Part shown: positions 24,465 through 37,912 of the stretch, piece by piece
Position numbering within the stretch: position 1 is the stretch's first letter
Layout: each line of letters starts with the position of its first letter
Position numbers and translations under genes: made by a program
The notes under the pieces: generated by a model
Seen by the model: the letters and a program-made list of their open reading frames with translations, nothing else
What the model was told of the DNA's origin: nothing
The model's database searches: none
Source of the DNA: Eledone cirrhosa
Taxonomy: Eukaryota
Length of the DNA: 64,000 bases
Reading direction: 5' to 3'
Assembly (NCBI GenBank): GCA_964016885.1
Contig: OZ024740.1
Coordinates: 434,000,001-434,064,000, forward strand

Positions 24465-26366
24465 CTACCTTTCTGCTTCCCGGGGTTCGGGTCGCACGAC
24501 TTCCATGGGGTCGGGGGTGTTGGGTGAAGGGGTGTCTTGTGGTGGTGTGGGGTCGTCAGTGTGTGGTGGGGTTGGGGTGTTTGGAGTTGTGTTGGGGAGG
24601 GGAAGGGGAGGGGGAAAGCTTTTTAGTAGGACGCGGTTTATGGGTTTGACAGAGGGTGGTCCTACGTCCTCCTTAAAATCCTTTTTTAGTTTTTGGTAGA
24701 GGTTCATTGGGATCTTTATTAATTTTAAATGTGGGTAGTTTTCTGAAGAAACAAAGTTTACACCTTCGGTTTGTACCGAAGGATTATTGTTTATGAGTTC
24801 ATTTAATTTATTATTGTTTCTGTTGATGTAAGTATAGTGTAATGTCTTTTTTTCGGATGGTGTGAGTGTTTCGAAGAGGGGAGGGGCAGGTTTGGTTTTG
24901 TTTGTTGCTGGAGGGGTGTTTTGTGTTTTGTTGGATTGTGTTGACATTTGGGTAGGGGTTGTTTGGCCTTGTGTGTTTTGCACATGTTTTCTTTTTTTCC
25001 TTTTAATCTGTCTGAAGGACTCCGTTTCTTCCTCCGAATTCGTTGGGTTATCTTCAGTGTTGGAGGGAAGAGGTATGTTTGCTGGTAATGTTTCCGTGTT
25101 GGTTTTCTTTGTGGGGGAGATGGATGTCACTATGTTAGACTGTGTTGTGTGTTGTGGCTGCGGTGGTTGTGTTGTTTTATTGAGTGAGGGGTTGGGTGGG
25201 ACTGTATTTTGTTTTTGGGTAATGTGTTGTGTCTGTTTGTGTTGTGGTGGTGGTGTAGTTTTACTGAGGGACGGGTTGGGTGGGACTGAGTTTTGTTGTT
25301 TGTTTATCGGTTGTGGTGGTGGTGGAGCTGGTGTTGGTAGCAGGGTTTTCTTTTTGTTGAGTTGGGGACAAGCCGCCTTCAGGTGCCCTCTGCCTGCACA
25401 GATATGACAGGACGGCCTTCTCCCCTCCACGCTAATGTTTATATACCTGTGGCCCTCTAATAGGATTCTGTCGGGTATTTGGGCGATGCGTTCAGGCTTC
25501 ATTTGCACTACAAGTTCTATACCTGTTCCACTGAACGCATTGCCTGTGGTTTTCCCAATGGAAATCACGTTGTCATTCGCTGGATCGATGAAGCCAGCTA
25601 TGAGCCAGCAGTAGTCCACATCTGGCATCATTGCATCCAGCCATATGCGCTGAGTTCTTTTACCCATATAAGATGGATAAAAGGTAAAAATTTTTGAACG
25701 AATCGGTGACAAAGCACATTTTTTGCCGCCGATTCGTTCTTCATAATAATCGCTAGGCTTCCATACGGTCTGTCTTTTCTTATGAAAGTGGTTTCATTAA
25801 GAACTTCTGTAAGTACTGCTTTGATTTCTGTTTGTGTTGGCTGTTCAGGTTTTTTAGAAATGTTGTTGATGGTGCGGAAAACGACCGTCCGACTTTCAAT
25901 GGTGAGTTCTTGAGGCATTTTTACCGATAAAATACCATTTTCCCCTTCAGTTATGTATTGTTTGGCGTCTGTATTTCTTTGTGCCACATCTGAAATATTT
26001 TCAGGTATATATGTCAAAGATTTCTTTGTTGTTTGTGCAAATCAAATATTATTGGTGTTGACTTTGTCGTCTGCTTTGCTTTCTGTTATGATGTTGTTTT
26101 CAAATGTTATTTTTGTGTTTGTCGTGTCTTTGTTTGTGGTATTAATATTGTCATGCAATTTTTTTAATTTTTTTTTTTTCGTTGTTGGAATCAATGTCCA
26201 GATTTGTGTTTTCGTCATTTTTCTCCGCAGATTCGTCTGTTTTTATTTTATTTTTTCTTTCCTTCTCTATGACGTTAGTTGGGAAGGAAAGGGGGACTAA
26301 AGCGTGCGAGCTAACAACTCTTACCGCTGTCCCCCCACCACTATTTTCGTTAGCTTCGTTTAACAT
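24465..26366 (-). pseudogene. Copy A ORF1 (gag-like, zinc knuckle), frameshifted
   Basis: Pieces 26151-26366, 25628-26017, 24465-25712; VEGRRPSCHICAGRGHLKAACP (CX2CX4HX4C); Pro/Thr-rich linker. Confidence 0.8.
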
Positions 26367-26638
26367 TTCTGTCAGACGATTGACATTTTTTTATGCCACA
26401 AAATTTTTAAAACAGGTTTTTCACCCCTGGGAGGGGCAAAGATGAGCTGACCCACCGCCTGATAGTTCAGACGGGGGGTCAAGCTACACAATAGTATCAA
26501 AATTAAAATTGAACTTACAAAATTTCCGCAATAAATTTGAACAAAACTTCTGCGCGAAGTGAATTACATCTACGCTGTAGAACAGACGACAGCTAGATTA
26601 TATAGTGATAGAAAGATAGATAGATAGATAGATAGATA

Positions 26639-27751
26639 ACTTTCTTTTTATTTGCCACCAGGGCATCAAAAGTGGGACAAGTACAAAGGGGGGGGGGGGA
26701 GTTTACATGCAAAGGCGTACTCAATATGGAGGAGGCAATAACAAGATATAAAAGTATAAAAATAAAATAAAATATAACAAAATAAATTTTGTAACAAAAT
26801 CCTCAATAGGGAGGAGGCGCCTTGGGGGGTCGCACACACCCCCGAAAAAAAGTGTGCAACCCTTCTCCTCAGGAGCACAGAGAGGGGGTGCTCCCTTGGT
26901 CTTTCATCTTCCTCACCTATAGTCTGATATAGAGTGAAGGCCCATTCACAAGGGCCATTCCCGCCACTTTCACCCATCTTTCATAAAAACGGCTGGGTGC
27001 AGCACCTCTCTCTCCATCCTGATCCTTCTTCCGAAATGATATCGGAAGAAACGGACCAGTTGTTGGCCAGAGAGAAAGGTGTCTGACCTCAGTCCTTTCA
27101 GACGCGTCCACCATACAACCTCTTTCGCCATGGCTATTACGCACAGAAACACCGCCTCTCCTTCGTTTTTGAAGAGGGGAGGCGGCTTGATCGTTACAAT
27201 AGACTCGGTGGTCACCGGATCGGCCCCACCCTTGACAGCAGTTGTTCGACATAGCCCCACAGATCGGCAATGCCGGAGCAGTGTATCAAAGCGTGTGCAA
27301 CGGTTTCCTCGTCGCACACGCATCTGGGACAGATCTTTTTCGAAGGGTCCCTACCCGGGCGCCCGTGTGTGTAGAGCCTTTCTCGAACGGGAAGAGCCCC
27401 TCGGTAGCACTGCCAGGCCAGGGACCTCTGGAAGTTATCCATGGGTCCCGGGCTGAATGTCCTACCGAACAGGTTGTCCAGTTCGTCTTCCTCCATGTCT
27501 AGGGCTTCTCCGAGGGCGTCATCGTACCTGCTAACCACCAGCCTAGAATGACGAGGTGGATTCTCCACTGACAGCCGGGTCCGCCTGCCAGAGAGCCGTG
27601 AGCGCCTGGGCACACTCGGTGTGCCAGGCGCCCAGTTTTCTCGCTCTTTGCTTGACCCAGGATTGCAGCTCGGTGAGTGAGACGAGTCTGGGAAAGGCTC
27701 GCCTCACAAACGGGGCCCACACCGGTTGACCGGTGAGGAATACCTGGAGGT
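26639..27751 (-). mobile_element. Tx1-group copy B, 5'-truncated (ORF2 C-terminus + 3'UTR)
   Basis: Homologous to A 20786-21845; bounded by (GATA)n on both sides. Confidence 0.92.
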
Positions 27752-27795
<44 letters not shown>

Positions 27796-30700
27796 TGTTT
27801 CTTTATTAGCCACAGGGGCACAAAAGAAGGGGACAAATACAAAGGGAGAAGTTTACATACAATAAAAACGTGTAAAATGTTATCACAAATGCAATTTAAA
27901 AAATTAGTCGATTTTCCCCAATAGGGGGAGACATTTCATATGGGTAACACATACCCCCGAAAAAATGTGAAACCCTCATCTCCAGGAGTACGAAGAGTTT
28001 GTACTCCTTTCCTCTCCTCCTCCTTTTCCTCAACCTACAGGCTGATATAGAGAGAAGGCCCATTCACTCGGGCCATTCTCGCCACTTTCACCCACTTTTC
28101 ATAAAACTTTCTGGGGTACAGCACCTCTCTCTCCATCCTGATTCTTCTTCCAAAGTGGTATTTGAAAAAAAGAATCAGTTGTTGGCCGGAGAGAAAGGTG
28201 TCTGACCTCAGCCCTTTCAACCTTGTCCACCATACAACCTCTTTCGCCATAGCTATCACACAAAGGAAAACCGCCTCTCCTTCGTTTTTGAAGGAGGGTG
28301 GCGGTTTGATCATGACAATGGACTCGGTGGTCAACCGGATTGGTCCCACCCGCGACAATAGTCGTTCTACATAGCCCCACAGGTCAGTGACGCCTGGGCA
28401 GTGTATGAATGCATGCGCGATCGTTTCTTCGTTACGCACGCACCTCGGACAGATCTTTTTTGCAGGGTCCCTGCCCGGGCGCCCATGTCTGTAGAGCTTG
28501 TCTCGAACTGGTAGAGCTCCTCGGTAGCACTGCCAGGCCAGGGACTTTTGGAAGCTGTCCATCGGTCCCGGGCGGAAGGTCCTACCGAACACTGGCCAGT
28601 TCAACTTCCTCTACGCCTAGAGTTTCACCGAGCGCGTCGTCGCACTTGCTGCGGATCAACCCTCTATAGAATGACGAAGTGGAGTCTCCACTGATCGCCG
28701 GGTCCACCTGCCAGAGGGCTGTGAGCGCCTGAGCACATTCGATGTGCCAGTCGGCTATTTTCCTCGGTCTTTGCTTGACCCAGGACTGCAGCTCGGTCAG
28801 CGAGACGAGTCGTGGGAAGGCTCGCCTCACGAATGGGGCCCACACCGGTTGTCCGGTGAGGAATACGTAGATATGCCGCAGCCTGAGCGCGTGTTTGCGC
28901 ATCGTCAACCACGGCATCACCAGCCCTCCGTTAGAAGGGTGTTGGCAGCAGATGGATCTTTTCACCAAAGGAGCCCGCCTCTTTCAAAGGAATTGGAAGA
29001 GCGCGCGCTCTATTTTGGAGAGCGTTTTGGCTGGACAAGGCACGACGGTGAAGCGGTAGTAGATGGCGGACGCTATAAAAGTGTTCGCCACCTCCGCTCG
29101 ACCTTTCAAGGATAGTTTGCACTCGGCCCACTTCTGGGTGAGTGAAAACACCTTGGCCGTCACTTCGTTCCAGTTCTTCTCCACTTGGAGGTCCGGACCA
29201 AACCAGACCCCGAGCAGCTTTACTGGTCCTTCCGTCCAGCGTCCGACGACGCCATCGGAAGGCATCAGTTTACCTCTCCACGATCCGAGTTGCAAACCGA
29301 TGGACTTGTTCAGCTTCGCTCCTGTGAACCTTTCGTATTCCTTCAGTAAGGTGCCGACTTCCTCGATTTGCGAGGTGCTCCACACCATTACTGTCTCGTC
29401 GTCGGCGCAAGCCGACGCCGCTTTCCGCAGTCCCGGTTCCAGAGGGATGCCCTGCAATAGCTCCAACTTCCGCAGTAGTGGCTCGAGAGTCAATACGTAC
29501 AGAAGGGAGGAGAGAGGGCATCCCTGTCGAATGGATCGCGTGATATGGAACGGCTCCGAGATGTAGCCGTTCACCTTGACCCTTGAGCAGATGTTGCTGT
29601 TATGCATTGCAGCAATCCAGCCCCTGAACACGGGTCCGAAGCCTGCCGCCTCGAGCACCGCATCCAGGTAACGATGGTCAACCCTATCGAAAGCCTTAGA
29701 TTGATTCAAGTTGATCAGGGCCCCAACGAAGCCGGGTTTACACCCTACCCTCTCTATGATGTATCGCATGAGGTGGAGGTTGTCGTGTATCGACCTGGTC
29801 GGGATTGATCATGTCTGCGCTTCTCCCACCAGGTTCTCGACGACAAGCGCCAGCTCTTTGCCAACACCTTGGCCAAAATCTGTAACTCTGTGTTTAGCAG
29901 AGTTATGGGCCAGAAGTTGCCTATGTCATCCCCCTTATTCTCGTCCTTCCTGACTAGTGTGACTACGCCCCCGGTCACAGAACTGGGAATTCTCCCGTTC
30001 TGTTGCCAGTTGCAGTAGACCGCTTCCAGGAGACCGGAGAATAAGTCCGGCATTGCTACGTAAAATTCGTAGGGTAGACCGTCGAGACCTGGAGAATTGC
30101 GTTTGCCGCATTGGCTCAACGCGTCCCCTATCTCAGCGGCTGAAATCGGCTTTTCGCAGAACATTGCCTCGCTGTCCGAGAGTCGTGGTAGGCCGTCAGG
30201 TATGGACCGAAATCCATAGCCCCTCCCGACGCGCCGCCCACCCCGAACAGCTGAGCAAAGTGCCGCTGAAAGGCCGCACACATCTGCTTCGGCTCACGTA
30301 TCACGCGTCCGTTTTGGTCCTTCAAAGACCGAATCGTGTACTTGTTGCCACTTTTTGCCGCCGTCACTCGAGCCCAGCTATCAGCTTTGGCTCCCTCGTT
30401 TCCCAGAGCACGTATTTTGCTTCTGACAACGCAGCCCTCATGCTTTGCGTCGAAGAACTGGTCCAAGGCCGTTCTCGTTGCCACTTCTAATTGCCTCTTC
30501 TACTTTATCTACCAGTTCTTTCTCGGTTCTATTTCTATCTAACGCTAATTCTTTACTAAAAACTAACGAGTCTAATCTAACTGCCCTCTTGAGAGAGTAC
30601 CACCATCTGTTGTTGACAATGGCCCCTGTCAAGTGCTGTTTAATTAAAGTGCTAATCCGTCTACTGTAGGCTTTGCATGTCGGTAACAACAAGTTCAGCT

Positions 30701-32807
30701 TCCAGTAGCTGGGTCCTTGTCTATGGGTTCTATCAAGGTTGACCATGCAGGTCATTAGTTTGTGATCTGAATAGGCAACCATGAACATTTTGGACAGCTT
30801 AACATGTCCCTATCTTTATTTCTAACTAGAACCCTATCTAGGTACGATCTAGATGTTCCGCGATTAGTCCACGTCCACAGTGGCACAGTCGGAAAATCTA
30901 GTCGATATCTATCGGCCAGATCAAATCGGCCGATTAACTGTTTGAGGATGTTACACCCCCCTTTATCGGGACATGCTCCCACATAGTCCCAACGTGCATC
31001 TAAGATTCCATTCCAGTCCCCCACTAAAAGCAAGGAGCGGGACGTTCCCAGAAAAGTCTCTAGACGTTTGAAGAAGTCTGGCCGCGGTGTCCCGGATGGG
31101 GCGCATGCGGCCACCAGCCTGAAGGCTCCACCTTCACTACCGTCAACGTCTAGGACCACCAGTCGATCCTCCGGGTCTAGATGTACCGCCTGTGTTACGA
31201 GGCCCAGGTGTTTCCGCAGCAAAACGGCAACCCCGCCCCCACCTCCCGGCTGACAGAGAGATGCGTAGATCTCAAAGTCGTCGAAGATGGGAGCCAGCTG
31301 TCGCTCGCTGTGGATCATGGACTCGCAAATGGCTACTACATCCACACTGCGACCTGAGGTCGTTTAAGAGTTTGCCCTGTTTCCAGGGCATCCCCAGGCC
31401 GCGTACATTCACACACCCAACTCTTATATTGGCCATGTTGGTTCTGAAAAGTTAAAAGAGGAGAAGAAATCACTCACCTCTTCGTCTCCCGGGGATCAGG
31501 CCGCACGGTTTCCATGGGGGCATTAGAGGAGTTGTCTGGGTGGGTGGTGGTTTCCGGCGGGGTGGGGATGGAGTGAATTGGTGGGGTGGGGGTGTCTGGG
31601 GTGAGGGTGGGGTGTCTGGGGTGAGGGTGGGGAAACTTCTTAAAAGGACGCGGTTAATGGGTTTAACACAAGGATTACCCACGTCCTTAGGAAAGTTTTC
31701 CTTTAAAGACTTATAGGTGTCCGTAGAGACCCTAATCATCTTTAAATTAGGTTTGTCTACACAGTTCGAAAAATTTTTCCCTTCGGTTTTCACCGAAGGG
31801 TCGTTGGAGATAACCTCCATTAAAGTTTTGTTTTTACTGTTTATGTATGTGTAATGTTCTTGTGTTGCGGTGGTTTTTGTCTGTTGTTCTTGTGGGAGCT
31901 TTCGTTTTGTTGTAGGTGTTTGTGTTTGGAGTAGTGTCGTGGTTTTGTTTCCGCGACGGGGGGTTTTTGTTTGTAATGTTTGAGTTGGTGGTTGTATGTT
32001 TGTAGTGATGTTTTTTGTTTTTTTTTTCTTGTGGTGTCTTTTCTTCTTTCTTTTCGAACGGAGAGGCTCTCCCTCATCATCACTTGGTGATGATGTGGGG
32101 GCTTCGTCCGTTGTGGTGTCTGTGTTATTTGGAAGGGGTATGTTTTGGGGAGCTGTTGTTTGTGTGTCTTTTTGTAGTGGTTTTATGTGGAGTGAGGTTG
32201 GGTGGGACTGTGCTTGCAGGTTGGTTTGTTGTTTTGGTTGTGTTTGTGTGTTGTTGTTGTTGTGGTGGTGGTGGTTGTGTAGTTGATTTGGGTGTTGGCA
32301 GTAGTGCCTCTTTTTTTTTAGTTAACTGGGGACAGTAAGCCTTCAGGTGACCACTGCTTAAACAGTGGTAACATGAAGCCCGCCTACCCTCAACAGAAAT
32401 GTTTATGTGCGAAATACCATCCAGAGGCACACGTTGGGGTATTTTAGCTATCCGTTCTGGCCTCATTTGGACCAGAACTTCTATGCTTGTACCATTGAAT
32501 GTGCCTCTGGAGGACTTTCCCACCGAAATGATGGTGACTTCATCGAAATCGATGAAGCCAGTTAGAATCCACCAGACGTTTACATTTGGTGCAATGTTCA
32601 AAATTTTTATTTTTTGAGTTCTTTTTCCCATATATGTGGGGAAAAAGGTGTCAAGGGGGGGGGGGGTCACAATCGGCGATACAGAATATTTTTGTGCTGT
32701 CAATTGGTCATTCAACAACACCGAAATGCTTCCAAAAAGTTTCCCTTTTTGGATGAAGGCAATATGCTTCATGGAATTCTTCAGAACCAGTTCAATATCG
32801 TTTTGGA
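27796..32807 (-). mobile_element. Tx1-group copy C, truncated within ORF1
   Basis: CYHCLSSGHLKAYCP knuckle, APE, RT (YADD altered to CADD), 3'UTR; (GATA)n on both sides. Confidence 0.93.
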
Positions 32808-32826
32808 ATAGATAGATAGATAGATA

Positions 32827-35800
32827 TGTTTCTTTATTAGCCACAGGGGCACAAAAGTAGGGGACAAATACAAAGCGGGAAGTTTACATACAATAAAAAC
32901 GTGTAAAATATTATCACAAATGTAATTTAAAAGTTAATCGAGTTTCCCCAATAGGGGGAGACATTACATATGCGTAACACATACCCCCGAAAAAGTGCAC
33001 AACCCTCATCTCCAGGAGTACGAAGAGTTTGTACCCCTTTCCTCTCTTCCTCTTTTTCCTCAACCTATAGGCTGATATAGAGAGAAGGCCCATTCACTCG
33101 GGCCATTCTCGCCACTTTCACCCACCTTTCATAAAACTTACTGGGGTACAGCACCTCTCTCTCCATCCTGATTCTTCTTCCAAAGTGGTATTTGAAAAAA
33201 AGAATCAGTTGTTGGCCGGAGAGAAAGGTGTCTGACCTCAGCCCTTTCAACCTTGTCCACCATACAACCTCTTTCGCCATAGCTATCACACAAAGGACAG
33301 CCACCTCTCCTTCGTTTTTGAAGGAGGGTGGCGGTTTGATTATGACAATGGACTCGGTGGTCAACTGGATTGGCCTCACCCGCGACAATAGTCATTCTAC
33401 ATAGCCCCACAGGTCGGTAAGGCCCGGGCAGTGTACAAATGCGTGCGCGACGGTTTCCTCGTCGCGCACGCATCTCGTACAAATCTTTTTCGAAGGGTCC
33501 CTGCCCGGGAGCCCGTGTCTGTAGAGCTTATCTAGAACTGGTAGAGCTCCTCGGTAGCACTGCCAGGCCAAGGAGTTTTGGAAGTTGTCCATCGGTCCCG
33601 GGCGGAAGGTTCTACCGAACAGACTGGCCAGTTCGTCCTCCTCTACGCCTATCACCGGGTCCGCCCGCCAGAGGGCTGTGAGCGCCGGAGCACATTCGAT
33701 GTGCCAGTCGACCATTTTCATCGGTCTTGCCACGGCATCCCCAGCCCTCCGCTTTAAGGGTGTTGGCAGCAGATGGATCTTCTCACCAAAGGAGCCCGCT
33801 TCTTCCAAAGGAATTGGAAGAGCGCGCGCTCCATTTTGGTGAGCGTTTTGGCTGGACAAGGCACGACGGTCAAGCAGTAGTAGATGGCGGACGCTATAAA
33901 AGTGTTCGCCACCTCCGCTCGACCTTTCAAGGATAGTTTGCACTCGGCCCATTTCTGGGTGAGTGAAAACACCTTGGCCGTCACCTCGTTCCAGTTCTTC
34001 TCCACCTGGAGGTCCGGACCAAACCAGATCCCGAGCAGCTTTACCGGTCCTTCCGTCCAGCGTCTGACGACGCCATCGGAAGGCATCTGTTTGCCTCTCC
34101 ACGTTCCGAGTTGCAAACCGACGGATTTGTCCCGGTTCAGCTTCGCTCCTGTGAACCTTTCGTATTCCTTCAGTAAGGTGCCGACTTCCTCGATTTGCGA
34201 GGTGCTCGACACCATTACTGTCACGTCGTCGGCGTAGGCCGACGCCGCTTTCCGCAGTCCCGGTTCCAGAGGGATGCCCTGCAATAGCTCCAACTTCCGC
34301 AGTAGTGGCTCGAGAGTCAGTACGCACAGAAGGGAGGAGAGAGGGCATCCCTGTTGGATGGATCGCGTGATTGGAACGGCTCTGAGAGGTAGCCGTTCAC
34401 CTTGACCCTTGAGCAGATGTTACTGTTGTGCATTGCAGAAATCCAGCCCCTAAACACGGGTCCGAAGCCTGCCGCCTCGAGCACCGCATCCAGGTAACGA
34501 TGGTCAACCCTATCGAAAGCCTTAGACTGATCCAAGTTGATCAGGGCCCACCTGAAGCCGGGTTTACACCCTACCCTCTCTATGATGTATCGCATGAGGT
34601 GGAGGTTGTCGTGTATGGACCTGGTCGGGATTGCGCATGTCTGCGCTTCTCCCACCAGGATCTCGACGACAAGCGCCAGCCTCTTTGCCAACACCTTGGC
34701 CAAAATCTGTAACTCTGTGTTTAGCAGAGTTATGGGCTGGAAGTTGCCTATGTCATTCCCCTTATTCTCGTCCTTCCTGACTAGTGTGACTACGCCTCTG
34801 GTCACAGAACTGGGAATTCTCCCGTTCTGCTGCCAGTTGCAGTAGACCGCTTCCAGGAGACCGGAGAATAAGTCCGGCATTACTACATAAAATTCGTAGG
34901 GTAGACATTCGAGACCTGGAGAATTGCGTTTGCCGCATTGGCTCAGCGCATCCCCTATCTCAGCGGCTGAAATCGGCTTTTCGCAGAACATTGCCTCGCT
35001 GTCCGAGAGTCGCGGTAGGCCGTCGAGGTATGGACCGAAATCCATAGCCCCTCCCGGCGCGCCGCCCTGCCCAAACAGCTGAGCAAAGTGCCGTTGATGC
35101 CTTCCGATGGCTTCGGCTCACGTATCACGCGTCCGTCTTGGTCCTTCAAAGACCGAATCGTGGGCTTGTTGCCACTTTTCGCCTCCATCACCCGGGCTCA
35201 GCTAACAGCTTTGGCTCCCTCATTACCCAGAGCACGTATTTTGCTTCTGACAACGCAACCCTTGTCCTTTGCGTCGAAGAACTGGTCCAAGGCCGTTCTC
35301 GTTGCTAGCACGCTGGCTACGCTGCCACTTCTAATTGCCTCTTCTACTTTATCTGTCAGTTCCTTCTCGGTCTTATTTCTATTTAACGCTAATTCTTTAC
35401 TAAAAACTAACGAGTCTAATCTAACTGCCCTCTTGAGAGAGTACCACCATCTGTTGTTGACAATGGCCCCTGTCAAGTGCTGTTTAATTAAAGTGCTAAT
35501 CCGTCTACTGTAGGCTTTGCATGTCGGTAACGATAAGTTCAGCTTCCAGTAGCTGGGTCCTTGTCTATGGGTTCTATCAAGGTTGACCATGCAGGTCACT
35601 AGTTTGTGATCTGAATAGGTAACCATGAACATTTTGGACAGCTTAACATGTCCCTATCTTTATTTCTAACTAGAACCCTATCTAGGTACGATCTAGATGT
35701 TCCGCTGCGATTAGTCCACGTCCACAGTGGCACAGTCGGAACATCTAGTCGATATCTATCGGCCGATTAACTCTTTGAGGTTGTTACCACTCCCCCTTTA

Positions 35801-37168
35801 TCGGGACATGCTCCCACATAGTCCCAACGTGCATCTAGGATTCCATTCCAGTACCCCACCAAAAGCAAGGAGCGGGACGTTCCCAGAAAAGTCTCTAGTC
35901 GTTTGAAGAAGTCTGGTCGCAGTGTCCCGGATGGGGCATATGCGGCCACCAGCCTGAAGGCTCCACCTTCACTATCATCAACGTCTAGGACCACCAGTCG
36001 ATCCTCCGGGTCCAGATGTATCGTCTGTGTTACGAGGTCCAGGTGTTTCCGCAGCCAAACGTCAACCCCGCCCCCACCTCCCGGCTGACAGAGAGATGCG
36101 TAGATCTCAAAGTCGTCGAAGATGGGGGCCAGCTGTCGCTCGCTGTGGATCCTGAACTCGCAAATGGCTACTACATCCATACTGTGCGACCTGAGGTCGT
36201 TTAAGAGTTTGCCCTGTTTCCAGGGCATCCCCAGGCCGCGTACATTCACACACCCAACTCTTATATTGGCCATGTTGGTGCTGAAAAGTTAAAAGAAGAG
36301 GAAAAGAAATCACTCATCTCTTCGTCTCCTGGGGACCAGGCTGCACAATGTCCATGGGGGTGTTGGAGGGGTTGTTTGATAGGGTGGTGGTTCCTGGCGG
36401 GGTGGGAACGGAGATGTTTGGTGGGGTGACTGGGGTGGGGGTGGGGAAACGATTCAAGAGGACGCGGTTCATTGGTTTAACACTCATATTCCCCACGTCA
36501 TCAGCAAAGTTTTCCTTTAAGGACTTATAGGTGTCCGTAGGGACCCTAATCATCCTTAAATTAGATTTGTCTTTACATTTGGTAAAATATTTTCCTTCAG
36601 TTTCCACGGAAGGGTTTTTGGAGATGACCTCCAACAAGGTTTTATTGTCAGTGTTTATGTATGTATAATATTTTTGTTGTTGTGTTAGTTTTTGTCTGTT
36701 GTTCTTGTGTGTGTTTTCGTTTTGTTGTGGGTATTTGTGCTTTGAGTGTTGTTATTGTTTTGTTTTCGGGAGGGGGGATTTTTGTTTGTAATGTTTGTGT
36801 TGTTTGTGTTGGTGGTTGTGTGTTTGTTGCCTTTTTGTTCGTGTTATGCCTTTTTTTCTTTTTTTTTTTTTGGAGCGGAGGGGTTCTCCCTCATCATCAC
36901 TGAGTGATGACGAGGGGGCTTCGTCCGTTGTGGTGTCTGTTTGATTGGGGAGGGGTATGTTTTGGGGAGCTGTTGTGCTTGTGGGTGTTTTTGGAGTTGT
37001 TTTAGGTGGGGAGGGGTTGGGTGGGACTGTGTTTGCAGTTTGGTTTGTTTTTGTTATTTTTTGTGTGTTATTGTTGTTGTGGTGGTGGTGGTTGTGTTGT
37101 TCTGTTGGGTGTCGGCAGTAGTGCCTTTTTTTAATGCAGTTAATTGAGGACAGGAAGGCCTCAGGTGA
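32827..37168 (-). mobile_element. Tx1-group copy D, truncated within the ORF1 knuckle, same subfamily as C
   Basis: 3'UTR and ORF2 nearly identical to C; two internal deletions near 33650 and 33728 relative to C; (GATA/GACA)n on both sides. Confidence 0.93.
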
Positions 37169-37200
37169 GATAGATAGATAGACAAACAGACAGATAGATA

Positions 37201-37775
37201 ATGTACATAATGGGACATTACAAGGCGTCACGGCGGGGGTTTTACATAAAATCTTTAACAATGATAAATAACAATAAAATATATAAAAATAAAACAATTG
37301 AAATCCCCATTAAGGGGGAGGGGTAACGCTACTGCGGGGTTGTTTTACACCCCGTGGATAGAACAACCCTCAACACCAGGAACACGTTTTGTAGGTGTTC
37401 CTGTCTTCCCTCTGTTTATCTTCCTCAACCTACAGGGTTATATACAGAGAAGGCCCATTCACCCCGGGCCATTTTTGTCACATTCACCCACCTTTCAGAG
37501 AATTTACTGGGGTGTAGCACGTCTCTCTCCACTCTCACCTTCCTTCTGAAGTGGTACTTAAAGAAGGGGATAAGTTGTTGTCCGGAGAGAAAGGTGTTTG
37601 CCCTCAGTCCTTTTAACCTCGTCCCTCCATATTACCTCTTTCGCCATAGCCACCAGACAGGAAAACCGCCTCTCCTTCGTTCTTAAATGAAGGCGGCGGG
37701 TGATACTCACGATGGACTCGGCTGACAACTGGATGCGTCCTACACGTGACAGCAGCTGTTCGACATAATTCCACA
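37201..37775 (-). mobile_element. Tx1-group copy E, short divergent 3' fragment
   Basis: LWNYVEQLLSRVGRIQLSAESIV…AMAKEVIW; different 3'UTR; followed by a degenerate GATA/GACA tract at 37775-37820. Confidence 0.88.
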
Positions 37776-37912
37776 GATAGATGGTATATAGACAGATAGA
37801 TAGACAAGGACAGACAGACAATAATATGCTACCGCTTAAGGAATGTGTCCCGTATAAACAATATATATTAAATTGTTTACAAATAACCACAGCGGGCTAG
37901 AGTCACTGTAAA

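Larger units (their letters stand above)
20786..26595 (-). mobile_element. Tx1/L1-group non-LTR retrotransposon, copy A (apparently full length)
   Basis: 5'UTR, ORF1 with CCHC knuckle, ORF2 with APE + RT + C-terminal Cys/His motif, 3'UTR ending AATAAAGAAA followed by (TATC)n. Confidence 0.93.

Noticed and set aside
20786-37775. LTR retrotransposon or simple segmental duplication as the explanation for the repeated blocks
   Set aside because: APE-RT architecture without integrase or LTRs; the copies have different truncation points and subfamily-level divergence.
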